From positions 23,345 to 81,000 of the forward strand of contig DGDL01000041.1 of the NCBI GenBank assembly GCA_002385415.1: a stretch of DNA of 57,656 nt, written 5' to 3'. The translations under genes and the position numbers were made by a program. Positions 1 to 9,457 of the stretch are shown in pieces. Source of the DNA: Clostridiales bacterium UBA3953 (GTDB taxonomy: Bacteria > Bacillota > Clostridia > Oscillospirales > CAG-272). Numbering within the stretch: position 1 is the stretch's first letter; every line of letters begins with the position of its first letter. The notes under the pieces were generated by a model, which saw nothing but the letters and a program-made list of their open reading frames with translations, ran no database searches and was not told the DNA's origin.

Positions 1-203
1 GCAAAAACATCATGCTCTCCGGCGACACGCTTTTCAGGGAGAGCATAGGCCGGTATGACCTTGCGGGCGGAGGTTTTGCGACGCTCAAACGGTCGCTTGC
101 TAAAATATCCGGGCTTGAAGGCGACTGGCGCGTATATCCCGGTCACGGCCCGTCCACGACCTTGTCACACGAACGCAAGGCGAACATGTACTTAAAGTGG
201 TAA
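1..203 (+). CDS. MBL-fold metallo-hydrolase, C-terminal fragment (5' end outside window)
   Basis: The ORF is open to the window edge. Its C-terminal ...YPGHGPSTTLSHERKAN... resembles the end of hydroxyacylglutathione-hydrolase-like MBL proteins. Confidence 0.55.
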   Translation, partial: KNIMLSGDTLFRESIGRYDLAGGGFATLKRSLAKISGLEGDWRVYPGHGPSTTLSHERKANMYLKW

Positions 204-254
204 TTTTCACATGCGGAAAGTCACTCCGCAAAGCACAATAACCGGAGGATTGAA

Positions 255-1919
255 ATGGCTGACGATAAAAATCTCGAACTTGCGGAGCTGCTGTATCCGC
301 ACATAAAAACCCTGCCGGAGGACATGGAGAAGCGCTATCCTCCGCGCAATCTGCCCGAGGGGGCGAAAGTGACCCGATTTGCGCCGTCGCCCACGGGATT
401 TATACATCTGGGCAACATATACAGCGCGCTGATTGACGAGCGACTTGCGCATCAATCGGACGGAGTGTTTTATCTCCGCATTGAGGATACCGACTCGAAA
501 CGCGAGGTCGAAGGCGGCACGGAGCTTATAATCGACATGCTCGCAAAATACGGCATCCATTTCGACGAGGGCGCCACAAAAGACGGCGACAAAGGCGATT
601 ATGGCCCCTACAGGCAGTCGCAGCGCCGCGAAATATACCAGACATACGCAAAGCAGCTTGTGCGCGAGGGCAAGGCATATCCGTGCTTTTGCACACACGA
701 GGAGCTTGACCGCATACGCGAGGAGCAAACAGCGCAAAAGCTGACTCCCGGCTACTACGGCAAATGGGCAAAATGGCGCGATGCCGACATCGAGCAGATA
801 AAAGCGGAGCTGGCGAAGGGCACGCCGTTTGTGCTGCGCCTGCGATCCGAGGGCGTTGAGGGCAAAAGCTTTAAATTCACCGACCTCGTCAAGGGCACAA
901 TCGACGTGTCCGAGAACTTTATCGACCACGTCATATTGAAGTCAAACGGCATCCCCGACTACCATTTCGCGCATGCCGTCGACGACCATCTGATGCGCAC
1001 CACCCACGTCGTGCGCGACGAGAGCTGGCTGCCCAGCCTGCCCCTGCACATCGAGCTGTTCCGTGCGCTCGGACATAAGATGCCGAAATACGTTCACACC
1101 GCGCAGGTGCTCAAAATCGACGAGGAAACGGGCAAAAAGCGCAAGCTGTCCAAACGCAAAGACCCCGAGTTCGGACTTGAGTATTTTTACCGGAGCGGTT
1201 ATCCTGTCATTGTGACAATTGAATACCTGATGACGCTGCTCAACTCGAATTACGAGGAGTGGCGGATGAAACACCCGGACAGTCACTACACGGAATTCCC
1301 GTTCAGCATAAAGAAGCTCAGCCCGTCTGGTTGTCTGTTCGATTTCGACAAGCTCAACGACATCGGACGCGAGATAATATCCCGCATGACAGCCGACGAG
1401 GTTTACAAAGAGGTCACCGATTGGGCAGCCGACCATGACCGCGAGCTTTATGAGGAGCTTGCCCGCGACCCGGATTATGCAAAAGCGATATTTGCCATCG
1501 GCCGCGGCGGCAAAAAGCCCCGCAAGGATTTTGCAAAATGGTCGGATGTAAAACCTTATCTGTCGTTTTTCTATGACCGGTTCTTTAACGTCGAGGAAAA
1601 AATAGAAGGCTCGTTTGAAACTGCGGACATCCGACGAGCGCTCGAGCGCTTTATGGAGAGCTATGACGAGTCGGACGACCGGACGGTTTGGTTTGACAAG
1701 CTCAAAGTTATTGCCTCGGAGCTGGGCTATGCACCCGAAGTCAAACTCTACAGGCAGTCGCCCGAAAGCTATGGCGGTCATGTGGGCGACATAGCGATGT
1801 TTTTACGCGTTGCCGTAACCGGCAGGGTGAACTCCCCCGATTTATACGATATAATGCAGCTGCTCGGCAAAGAAAGGGTTATAGCACGCGTGCGGGAGTT
1901 TGTTTCGTCGCTTGATTGA
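255..1919 (+). CDS. gltX: glutamate--tRNA ligase
   Basis: Class I aaRS motifs are present: PSPTGFIHLGN (HIGH-type) and KLSKRK (KMSKS-type). A GGAGGA RBS sits 5 nt upstream of the ATG. Confidence 0.9.
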   Translation: MADDKNLELAELLYPHIKTLPEDMEKRYPPRNLPEGAKVTRFAPSPTGFIHLGNIYSALIDERLAHQSDGVFYLRIEDTDSKREVEGGTELIIDMLAKYGIHFDEGATKDGDKGDYGPYRQSQRREIYQTYAKQLVREGKAYPCFCTHEELDRIREEQTAQKLTPGYYGKWAKWRDADIEQIKAELAKGTPFVLRLRSEGVEGKSFKFTDLVKGTIDVSENFIDHVILKSNGIPDYHFAHAVDDHLMRTTHVVRDESWLPSLPLHIELFRALGHKMPKYVHTAQVLKIDEETGKKRKLSKRKDPEFGLEYFYRSGYPVIVTIEYLMTLLNSNYEEWRMKHPDSHYTEFPFSIKKLSPSGCLFDFDKLNDIGREIISRMTADEVYKEVTDWAADHDRELYEELARDPDYAKAIFAIGRGGKKPRKDFAKWSDVKPYLSFFYDRFFNVEEKIEGSFETADIRRALERFMESYDESDDRTVWFDKLKVIASELGYAPEVKLYRQSPESYGGHVGDIAMFLRVAVTGRVNSPDLYDIMQLLGKERVIARVREFVSSLD

Positions 1920-1946
1920 AGGGCGGGAAGCCCGAAAACTTAAAAT

Positions 1947-2537
1947 ATGTATATAATCAATGCGTATATTCTCCCCGTCGCCAGCGGGATGATTATGGCC
2001 TTGCCGCTTGCACTTTTTGTGCGGGGATTTGCGTCGCTGCGGCACAGAAAGCTGAATCTTACCACGACGCGGGCACATGAAATCGGCGCCTCGCTGTTTA
2101 TCATGTACTGCGGAGGTATAGCCTCCGTAACGGTGCTCGGCACGCCGGCGGCATCCGAACAGCTCACCGAAACCGTAAATTTAATACCGTTTAGATTTGC
2201 ATACGATATGTTTTACGGCTGTTTTGCGGGCAAGCCCGCGGCGGCATGGATAAACATACTCGGTAACATAGCGCTGTTTGTGCCGTTCGGGTTTCTATTG
2301 TCGCTGCTGTGGCGGGGTGCATCATGGCAAAAAGCCGTGCTTTTATCGGCCGGTTTTTCGGCTGCGGTCGAGCTTTGCCAGCTTACGCAGCCCGCCCGCA
2401 TGACCGATGTGGACGACGTTTTACTCAACTCGCTCGGCGGCTTTGTCGGTTATCTGCTTTTCAGGCTCATAAAAGCGGGGACTGCCGAGACATTTCGCGT
2501 GACAGAAATTAAAACGTATACAAGTGAACAGGAGTAA
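1947..2537 (+). CDS. VanZ family membrane protein
   Basis: Multi-TM protein of 196 aa with a VanZ-like C-terminal pattern (DVDDVLLNSLGGFVGYLLF). Confidence 0.7.
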   Translation: MYIINAYILPVASGMIMALPLALFVRGFASLRHRKLNLTTTRAHEIGASLFIMYCGGIASVTVLGTPAASEQLTETVNLIPFRFAYDMFYGCFAGKPAAAWINILGNIALFVPFGFLLSLLWRGASWQKAVLLSAGFSAAVELCQLTQPARMTDVDDVLLNSLGGFVGYLLFRLIKAGTAETFRVTEIKTYTSEQE

Positions 2538-2548
2538 ATGAGTTTGCT

Positions 2549-4237
2549 ATGGAAGAGATTGCCTCCAACTTTATACACGATATAATCGACGCCGAACTTG
2601 CCGCCGGCCCCTCAGAAGAAAACGGCTGGCGTGACTATGTTCACACGCGCTTTCCGCCGGAGCCGAACGGATACCTGCACATCGGCTCCGCAAAGGCGAT
2701 TTATATAAACTACATGACCGCCAAAAAGTACGGCGGAAAGTTCAACCTTCGCTATGACGACACCAACCCCGAAAAAGAGGACCCCGAATATGTCGAGGCA
2801 ATTTACCGCGACCTGTGCTGGCTGGGCGCCTGCCCCGACGAGGAATCGGAGTACGGTGGGGGAGTATATTACGGCTCCGACTATTTCGACAAGTGCTATG
2901 AATATGCGGTGCTTCTTATAAAGAAAGGGCTTGCGTATGTTTGCGACCTTTCGCCGGAGGAGATAAGCGAGTATCGCGGCACGCTCACCACGCCGGGCCG
3001 CGAAAGCCCGTGGCGCAACCGCTCGGTTGAGGAAAACCTCGACCTGTTCGAGCGCATGAAAAACGGCGAGTTCCCCGAGGGTTCGCGCACTCTGCGCGCC
3101 AAGATAGACATGGCGTCGCCCAATCTCTGCCTGCGCGACCCCGCCATATACCGCATCAAAAACACGCCTCACTACAGACAGGGCACAAAGTGGCACATTT
3201 ACCCGCTATATGACTATGCCCACCCCATTCAGGACGCGATGGAGGGGATTACCTACTCGCTTTGCTCGCTCGAGTTTGAAAACAACCGCCCTCTCTACAA
3301 CTGGGTGATAAAAAACATAGGAGTTTTCCGGCCGGAGCCACGTCAGATAGAGTTTGCGCGGCTCAATATGACCTATACGGTGATGAGCAAGCGCTACCTG
3401 CGCAGGCTGGTGTTCGAAGGCCATGTCGACGGATGGGACGACCCGCGCATGCCGACGCTGTGCGCGCTGCGCCGCAGGGGCTATACACCGTCGGCGATAT
3501 TCGAGTTTATACGCCGCGCCGGAATTTCCAAAACCAACAGCATAGTCGATATTGAGCTGCTCGAGCACTGTATCCGCGAGGAACTAAACGCCACGGCGCC
3601 CCGCCGCATAGCGGTGCTCGACCCGATTAAAGTGACGGTTATAAACTATCCGGAGGACAAGGTCGAGTATTTCAGCCTGCCGAACAATCCGGGCGACCCC
3701 GACGCCGGTACAAGAGAGCTGCCGTTTACACGCGAGCTTTATATCGAGCGCGACGACTTTTCAGAAAACCCGCCGCCAAAGTACCATCGTCTCAAGCCCG
3801 GCGGCGAGGTGCGCCTGATGGGTGCGTATATAGTCAAGTTTGAAGACATCAAAAGAAATCCTGACGGCAGCATAGCCGAGGTGCTCGTATCCGCAGACCT
3901 TGAGACAGGCAACGGCATGCCCGCCGACGGGCGCAAAGTGAGGGGCACAATACATTGGCTGTCTACAAAACACGCAGCGTCGGTCGATGTTATGCTTTAC
4001 GACAAGCTCTTCACTGTCCCGAACGTGGGAGATATTCCGGAAGGCAAGGATTTCACAGATTATATAAATCCCGACTCGCTCGTCAAGATAGCCGACGCCA
4101 AGGTCGAACCGTCGCTGGCGGACTGTGAGCCGGGCGACAAGTTCCAGTTCGTCCGGACGGGCTATTTCTGCCGCGACACCAAACATCCCAACACATTCAA
4201 CCGCATAGTGACGCTGAAGGACAGCTATAAATTCTAA
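2549..4237 (+). CDS. glnS: glutamine--tRNA ligase
   Basis: RFPPEPNGYLHIGSAKA (HIGH) and VMSKR (KMSKS) are present. The length of 562 aa and the overall pattern are typical of GlnRS. Confidence 0.9.
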   Translation: MEEIASNFIHDIIDAELAAGPSEENGWRDYVHTRFPPEPNGYLHIGSAKAIYINYMTAKKYGGKFNLRYDDTNPEKEDPEYVEAIYRDLCWLGACPDEESEYGGGVYYGSDYFDKCYEYAVLLIKKGLAYVCDLSPEEISEYRGTLTTPGRESPWRNRSVEENLDLFERMKNGEFPEGSRTLRAKIDMASPNLCLRDPAIYRIKNTPHYRQGTKWHIYPLYDYAHPIQDAMEGITYSLCSLEFENNRPLYNWVIKNIGVFRPEPRQIEFARLNMTYTVMSKRYLRRLVFEGHVDGWDDPRMPTLCALRRRGYTPSAIFEFIRRAGISKTNSIVDIELLEHCIREELNATAPRRIAVLDPIKVTVINYPEDKVEYFSLPNNPGDPDAGTRELPFTRELYIERDDFSENPPPKYHRLKPGGEVRLMGAYIVKFEDIKRNPDGSIAEVLVSADLETGNGMPADGRKVRGTIHWLSTKHAASVDVMLYDKLFTVPNVGDIPEGKDFTDYINPDSLVKIADAKVEPSLADCEPGDKFQFVRTGYFCRDTKHPNTFNRIVTLKDSYKF

Positions 4238-4387
4238 GTTTCCAGGGGCAGACGGCGCATTTTGATTGCGCCTTAACCCGGGGGAACGGACGAGATGTTT
4301 AGATCGCGCCCTCGGTGCCCCTCCGAAATAAAAAACAAGCTGGGGCGGGTGCAATACCCGCCCGGCTGCACTGAAAGGCGAGAGCAA

Positions 4388-5662
4388 ATGAGTAAAATTG
4401 AAACAAAATGCCTGCATGCAGGCTACACGCCGGGAAACGGCGAGCCGCGCCAGCTCCCTATATATCAGTCTATTACATTTAAATACTCGAGTTCCGAGCA
4501 GATGGGCGCGATATTCGACCTCAAGTCGCCGGGGTATATATACACGCGCCTGCAAAACCCCACAAACGACGCGGTCGCGGCAAAAATCGCGGCGCTTGAG
4601 GGCGGATGTGCCGGCATGCTCACCTCGTCCGGACAGGCCGCGAACTTTTTTGCGCTGTTCAATATCGCATGCGCAGGTGACCACATAGTGTCAGCCACTG
4701 CAATCTACGGCGGTACGTACAACCTGCTCAATGTAACGATGCGCCGAATGGGTATAGACATCACATTCGTCGATCCCGACGCCTCGGAGGAGGAGATAGC
4801 GGCGGCTTTTAAGCCCAACACCAAAGCTGTGTTTGCCGAGAGCCTCTCGAACCCCTCTCTTGTCGTGCTCGATATTGAAAAGTTTGCGCGTATCGCCCAT
4901 GCGCAGGGCGTGCCGCTTATAATCGACAACACTTTCCCGACGCCCATAAACTGCCGGCCCATCGAATGGGGCGCCGATATTGTCACCCACTCGACCACCA
5001 AATACATGGACGGGCATGCGGTCGCGGTCGGCGGCGCTATTGTCGACAGCGGCAACTTTGACTGGGAGGCGCAGGGCGATAAATTCGCCTGCCTTGTCGA
5101 GCCCGACCCGTCCTATCACGGCGTTAGCTATACAAAGGAATTCGGCAAAGCGGCTTTTATAACCAAAGCGGTCGCCCAGCTCATGCGCGACCTCGGCTCC
5201 ATCCCGTCGCCGCAGAACGCGTTTTATCTCAACCTCGGGCTTGAATCGCTGCATGTGCGCGTGCCACGCCATTGCGAGAACGCGCTCGCCGTCGCGAGAT
5301 TCCTCGAGGGCCACAAAAAGGTCTCGTGGATAAACTATCCCGGACTTGAGAGCAGCAAATATTACACGCTTGCGAAAAAGTATATGCCGACAGGAACCTC
5401 GGGCGTTATGGCGTTCGGAGTGCGCGGCGGCCGCGAGGCGGCTACAAGGTTTATGGAAGGCCTTAAGCTCGCCTCGATCGAAACGCATGTCGCCGACTCG
5501 TATACCTGCGTGCTGCATCCGGCAAGCTCGACCCACAGGCAGCTTACCGACGAGCAGCTCGTCGCAGCCGGTGTGGGTCCCGATCTCATCCGATTGTCGG
5601 TGGGCATTGAAAATGTGGAGGACATCATCGCAGACATTGCACAGGCGCTTGAAAAGGCATAA
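4388..5662 (+). CDS. metY: O-acetylhomoserine aminocarboxypropyltransferase / sulfhydrylase (PLP-dependent)
   Basis: The N-terminus MSKIETKCLHAGY and the PLP-lysine motif HSTTKYMDGH are present. The start is moved to the internal ATG at 4388 because the upstream track extension is Arg/Pro-rich and not enzyme-like. Confidence 0.85.
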   Translation: MSKIETKCLHAGYTPGNGEPRQLPIYQSITFKYSSSEQMGAIFDLKSPGYIYTRLQNPTNDAVAAKIAALEGGCAGMLTSSGQAANFFALFNIACAGDHIVSATAIYGGTYNLLNVTMRRMGIDITFVDPDASEEEIAAAFKPNTKAVFAESLSNPSLVVLDIEKFARIAHAQGVPLIIDNTFPTPINCRPIEWGADIVTHSTTKYMDGHAVAVGGAIVDSGNFDWEAQGDKFACLVEPDPSYHGVSYTKEFGKAAFITKAVAQLMRDLGSIPSPQNAFYLNLGLESLHVRVPRHCENALAVARFLEGHKKVSWINYPGLESSKYYTLAKKYMPTGTSGVMAFGVRGGREAATRFMEGLKLASIETHVADSYTCVLHPASSTHRQLTDEQLVAAGVGPDLIRLSVGIENVEDIIADIAQALEKA

Positions 5663-5673
5663 AACATAAAAAA

Positions 5674-5715
5674 GGGCAAACGGAAGCGGCGGTTTCCGTT
5701 TGCCTTGTTATTTTT
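5674..5715 (+). terminator. intrinsic terminator after metY
   Basis: Stem GGGCAAACGGAA / TTCCGTTTGCC(T) is followed by a TTGTTATTTTT tract. Confidence 0.75.
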
Positions 5716-5754
5716 CGGCCGTTTTCGGCGCAAAGGTTTGTATTTCTTGCTGCG

Positions 5755-5784
5755 TTGACAAAGTCGCGCGCGCAGTGGTATAAT
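5755..5784 (+). promoter_or_regulatory. sigma-A-type promoter for purC
   Basis: TTGACA at 5755-5760, an 18-nt spacer, then the extended -10 TGgTATAAT with TATAAT at 5779-5784. Confidence 0.5.
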
Positions 5785-5843
5785 AACAAGGTAAAGATGT
5801 TAAAAATTATCTTATATCTGTAAATGACGGGGGCAATCACAGC

Positions 5844-6548
5844 ATGAATCTGCTCTACGAGGGCAAATCTAAACAGGTGTACGAGAGCGGCTCGCCCGAC
5901 ACCTATATAATCAAGTTCAAAAACACCGCCACGGCACTCAACGGTCTTAAAAAAGAGGAGTTTGAAGGGAAAGGCGAGCTAAACTGCGCCATCTCCAACC
6001 TCATTTATGACTATCTTGAGAAAAACGGCGTTAAAACCCATCTTGTCCGCGTAATCGACCCGACTACAATTGAGGTAAAGCGTGTCGAGATCGTGCCGGT
6101 CGAGGTCATAGTACGCAATATCGCTGCCGGCAGCTTTTCAAAAAAGTACGGTGTCGAGGAGGGCACGCCGCTGCGTAATACCACAACCGAGTTTTCGCTG
6201 AAAAGCGACGAGCTGGGCGACCCGATGATAAACGACAGCCAGATAACCGCGCTCGGGCTTGCGACGCAGGACGAGCTTGACTATATGCGTTCGGTAGCCC
6301 TGCGCGTAAACGAGCTGCTTTGCGAGCTGTTTGCAAAATGCGGGATTAAGCTCGTCGACTACAAGCTTGAATTCGGGCGCTCGGGAGACGGCATAATATT
6401 ATGCGACGAAATATCCCCCGATTCATGCCGGCTGTGGGATGCGGAAACAAACAGCAAACTTGACAAAGACCGTTTCCGCCGAGATATGGGCGATATGCTT
6501 GGCGCATATCGCGAGGTTTTGCGGAGGTTGCAAAGTGTCCTTGCATGA
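5844..6548 (+). CDS. purC: phosphoribosylaminoimidazole-succinocarboxamide (SAICAR) synthase
   Basis: The N-terminus LYEGKSKQVYE is typical of PurC, and the length is 234 aa. Confidence 0.9.
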   Translation: MNLLYEGKSKQVYESGSPDTYIIKFKNTATALNGLKKEEFEGKGELNCAISNLIYDYLEKNGVKTHLVRVIDPTTIEVKRVEIVPVEVIVRNIAAGSFSKKYGVEEGTPLRNTTTEFSLKSDELGDPMINDSQITALGLATQDELDYMRSVALRVNELLCELFAKCGIKLVDYKLEFGRSGDGIILCDEISPDSCRLWDAETNSKLDKDRFRRDMGDMLGAYREVLRRLQSVLA

Positions 6549-7974
6549 CAAATATTCAAGTTACGTCAGTCCGCTTTCGGAGCGCTATGCGAGCCGGGAG
6601 ATGCAGCGCCTTTTCTCGCAGGATATAAAGTTTTCGACTTGGCGCAAGCTGTGGGTCGCGCTTGCAGAAAGCGAGAAAGAGCTGGGGCTTGACATTACAC
6701 AGGAGCAGATTGACGAGCTTAAAGCTCATATATACGATATAAACTACGACGTCGCCGAGGCGCGCGAGCGCGAGGTGCGCCATGACGTGATGGCGCATAT
6801 CTATGCCTATGGCGTGCAGTGCCCGAAAGCAAAGCCTATCATACACCTTGGCGCGACTTCCTGCTTTGTGGGAGACAACACCGATATAATCATAATGCGC
6901 GATGCGCTGAACCGCGTGCGTGCGCTTCTTGTTTCGGTGATGCGCTCGCTTTGCGATTTTGCCGAAAAATACAAGGGGCTGCCGACGCTTGCCTTCACGC
7001 ATTTCCAGCCTGCCCAGCCCACAACGGTGGGCAAACGCGCGGCACTGTGGCTGCAGGACCTTGCATTTGACCTTGAGGAGGCTGACCGTGCCGTAAAGAG
7101 CCTAAAATTGCTCGGCTGCCGCGGCGCGACGGGTACGGCAGCCAGCTTTCGCGAGCTGTTTGGCGGCGACATTGAAAAAGTCTGCGAGCTTGACCGCAAG
7201 ATAGCCGAGAAAATGGGCTTTGACGGAGTATACGACGTCAGCGGTCAGACCTATCCGCGCAAAGTCGACTACATGGTAATGACTGTGCTGTCCGGCATAG
7301 CCCAGAGCGCATATAAGTTCTCGAGCGATATAAGACTGCTGTCGCATCTTAAAGAAGTCGACGAGCCTTTTGAAGAAAAGCAGGTCGGCTCGTCGGCGAT
7401 GGCATACAAACGCAATCCAATGCGCAGCGAGCGCATAGCGTCACTTTCGCGCTATGTGATTGTAAACGCGCTTAACCCCGCGATGACAGCGTCGTCACAG
7501 TGGTTTGAGCGCACGCTCGACGACTCGGCAAACAAGCGCATCAGCATTCCCGAGGCTTTTCTCGCGGTCGACGCAATACTGGGTCTTTACAAGAGTGTAA
7601 TTTCGGGCCTGACGGTCTATCCTAAAATGATAGAGCGCCATCTCAATGAAGAGTTGCCGTTTATCGCAACCGAAAACATCCTGATGTACTGCGTCAAAAA
7701 GGGCGGCGACCGGCAGATGCTGCACGAGGCTATCCGCGAGCATGCGGTCGCGGCCGGTCGAGCCGCAAAAGCCGAGGGTACACCGAATGACCTTATCGCA
7801 CGTATCGCAGCCGACAGCCGGTTCGGGCTCACCGAAAGCGAGCTTTCAGAGCTGCTTGACCCCGAAAAATACACGGGCTTTGCGCGCGAGCAGACCGAGG
7901 AATATGTGAAAAAGATTCGAGCAAAACTATCGGAGTACGACCTGCCCGAAGCGGAAACCGAAGTCAGGGTTTAG
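6535..7974 (+). CDS. purB: adenylosuccinate lyase
   Basis: Fumarate-lyase signature SSAMAYKRNP. The start is placed at the in-frame GTG at 6535, overlapping the purC stop, which gives about 479 aa. The track ORF from 6439 would overlap purC by more than 100 nt. Confidence 0.85.
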   Translation: MSLHDKYSSYVSPLSERYASREMQRLFSQDIKFSTWRKLWVALAESEKELGLDITQEQIDELKAHIYDINYDVAEAREREVRHDVMAHIYAYGVQCPKAKPIIHLGATSCFVGDNTDIIIMRDALNRVRALLVSVMRSLCDFAEKYKGLPTLAFTHFQPAQPTTVGKRAALWLQDLAFDLEEADRAVKSLKLLGCRGATGTAASFRELFGGDIEKVCELDRKIAEKMGFDGVYDVSGQTYPRKVDYMVMTVLSGIAQSAYKFSSDIRLLSHLKEVDEPFEEKQVGSSAMAYKRNPMRSERIASLSRYVIVNALNPAMTASSQWFERTLDDSANKRISIPEAFLAVDAILGLYKSVISGLTVYPKMIERHLNEELPFIATENILMYCVKKGGDRQMLHEAIREHAVAAGRAAKAEGTPNDLIARIAADSRFGLTESELSELLDPEKYTGFAREQTEEYVKKIRAKLSEYDLPEAETEVRV

Positions 7975-8011
7975 CTTGTTTTCAGCCTTTTAGTATTGCG
8001 AGGGAAAATTA

Positions 8012-9283
8012 ATGCTTTGCGCAATTGTCGGCATTAACTGGGGCGATGAAGGAAAGGGCCGCATGGTCGACCTGCTCGGCAGCCGCTATGATATTATAGT
8101 CCGCTATCAGGGAGGCAACAACGCCGGTCATACTGTCATAAACGAAAAGGGCAAGTTTATACTGAATCTGCTGCCCTCGGGCATTCTGCGGGAGGAAACT
8201 GTGAATGTCATGGGGGGCGGCATGGTGATTGACATCCAGCACCTCGGCGAGGAGATGGAAAGGCTGGCTTCGGCGGGCATCAAAATCGCGCCGGACAATC
8301 TCAAAATCAGCGACAGAGCAACAATCTGCTTTCCCTTCCACAGGCTGCTTGATATCCTCGAGGAAGAGCGGCTCGCCGAAAGGCAGTACGGCTCGACAAG
8401 GCGGGGTATAGCCCCCGTCTATTCCGACAAATATATGAAAAAGGGCATCCGCATGGGCGACCTCCTTTCGCCCGGTACGCTGCGCGACAAGATTACGGCG
8501 CTGCTTGAATGGAAGAACCTTACTGTTGCGGGTGCATACAAAGCCGAGCCTGTCTCGGTCGACGAGACGATGGAATGGCTCGAGCGCTGGGGAAATCCGC
8601 TGCTGCCGTTTATTTGCGATACGGGCAAATATCTGTACGAGTCGGCAAAGGGCGGGCGCGACATACTGTTTGAGGCGCAGCTTGGCGCGCTGCGCGACAT
8701 CGACTTCGGTATCTATCCCTACACATCGTCGTCGAACAACATCGCCGCCTATGCGCCAATCGGCGCCGGTGTGCCGGCTTTAAGGCCGGACAAGGTCATA
8801 GGCATCATGAAAGCCTACTCTACCTGTGTGGGCGGCGGCCCGTTTACTGCCGAGTTGTTCGGTGCGGAGGCGGAGACGCTCCGCAAGGCAGGCGGCGAGT
8901 ATGGTGCGGCTACCGGACGTCCGCGCAGGGTCGGCGCATTTGACGTGCCTGCCTCGAAATACGGTGTAAAAGTCCAAGGCGCCGGCGAGCTTGCGCTGAC
9001 AAAACTTGACGTGCTCTCATACATGGACGAGATTCCGGTCTGCGTCGCATATAACATCGACGGCGAGATAACGGACGAGTTTCCGGCCGGCGACAGACTG
9101 GTGAGAGCAAAGCCGGTTTTCAGATATTTCAAAGGTTTTAAAACCGATATATCGGGATGTCGCAAGCTGTCCGAGCTGCCGGCCGAGGCGCGTGAGTATG
9201 TGGATTTTATCGAGCGCGCCGTCGAGTGTCCTATTAAATACATTTCGGTCGGCGCCGAGCGCGACGCGATAATAGAGCTTTAA
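8012..9283 (+). CDS. purA: adenylosuccinate synthase
   Basis: GDEGKGRMVD P-loop and GGNNAGHT motifs; 423 aa. Confidence 0.92.
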   Translation: MLCAIVGINWGDEGKGRMVDLLGSRYDIIVRYQGGNNAGHTVINEKGKFILNLLPSGILREETVNVMGGGMVIDIQHLGEEMERLASAGIKIAPDNLKISDRATICFPFHRLLDILEEERLAERQYGSTRRGIAPVYSDKYMKKGIRMGDLLSPGTLRDKITALLEWKNLTVAGAYKAEPVSVDETMEWLERWGNPLLPFICDTGKYLYESAKGGRDILFEAQLGALRDIDFGIYPYTSSSNNIAAYAPIGAGVPALRPDKVIGIMKAYSTCVGGGPFTAELFGAEAETLRKAGGEYGAATGRPRRVGAFDVPASKYGVKVQGAGELALTKLDVLSYMDEIPVCVAYNIDGEITDEFPAGDRLVRAKPVFRYFKGFKTDISGCRKLSELPAEAREYVDFIERAVECPIKYISVGAERDAIIEL

Positions 9284-9412
9284 TCAAAAGACAATTGCGG
9301 ACAGAATTGGGGCTGCCCATGCCCATTCATTTATGCTTTTTTGTAAAATCGCGGTGGATAGGGTATGTTGACGTGCCCGACCACCGCTCCGGATTTTAAA
9401 GTTATTTCGCTC

Positions 9413-9445
9413 CCCGCTTCGGCAAAGCGGGTTTAATTTGGTTTT
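9413..9445 (+). terminator. intrinsic terminator / attenuator immediately upstream of the guaA RBS
   Basis: Stem CCCGCTT / AAGCGGG with a 5-nt loop is followed by TTTAATTTGGTTTT and ends about 2 nt before the AGGGAG RBS. Confidence 0.55.
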
Positions 9446-9457
9446 AGGGAGAAACTT

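Noticed and set aside
942-1781. Long antisense ORFs opposite real genes. Examples are 207-929(-), 942-1781(-), 17418-18575(-), 20026-20844(+), 37318-38070(+), 38128-39303(+), 45091-45963(+), 50413-51258(+) and 53655-54668(-).
   Set aside because: They lie entirely within well-supported genes on the other strand. They are Arg/Ala/Gly/Pro-rich, as expected for shadow frames in GC-rich DNA, and they lack RBSs and recognisable motifs.
4238-4387. Possible SAM (S-box) riboswitch or T-box upstream of metY, and the 31-codon N-terminal extension of the track ORF from 4295.
   Set aside because: I looked for the S-box core (GAGGGA...GGCCC...GCAACC...AGAUGAG-type closing helix) and for a T-box sequence and found neither. 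Only generic GC hairpins are present. The extension is not enzyme-like, and the MSKIETKCLHAGY start fits the family.
5716-5843. Purine riboswitch or PurR box upstream of purC.
   Set aside because: The leader between the promoter and the start codon is only about 55 nt, too short for a purine aptamer, and it lacks the UAUAA...UCUACC...GACUA signature.
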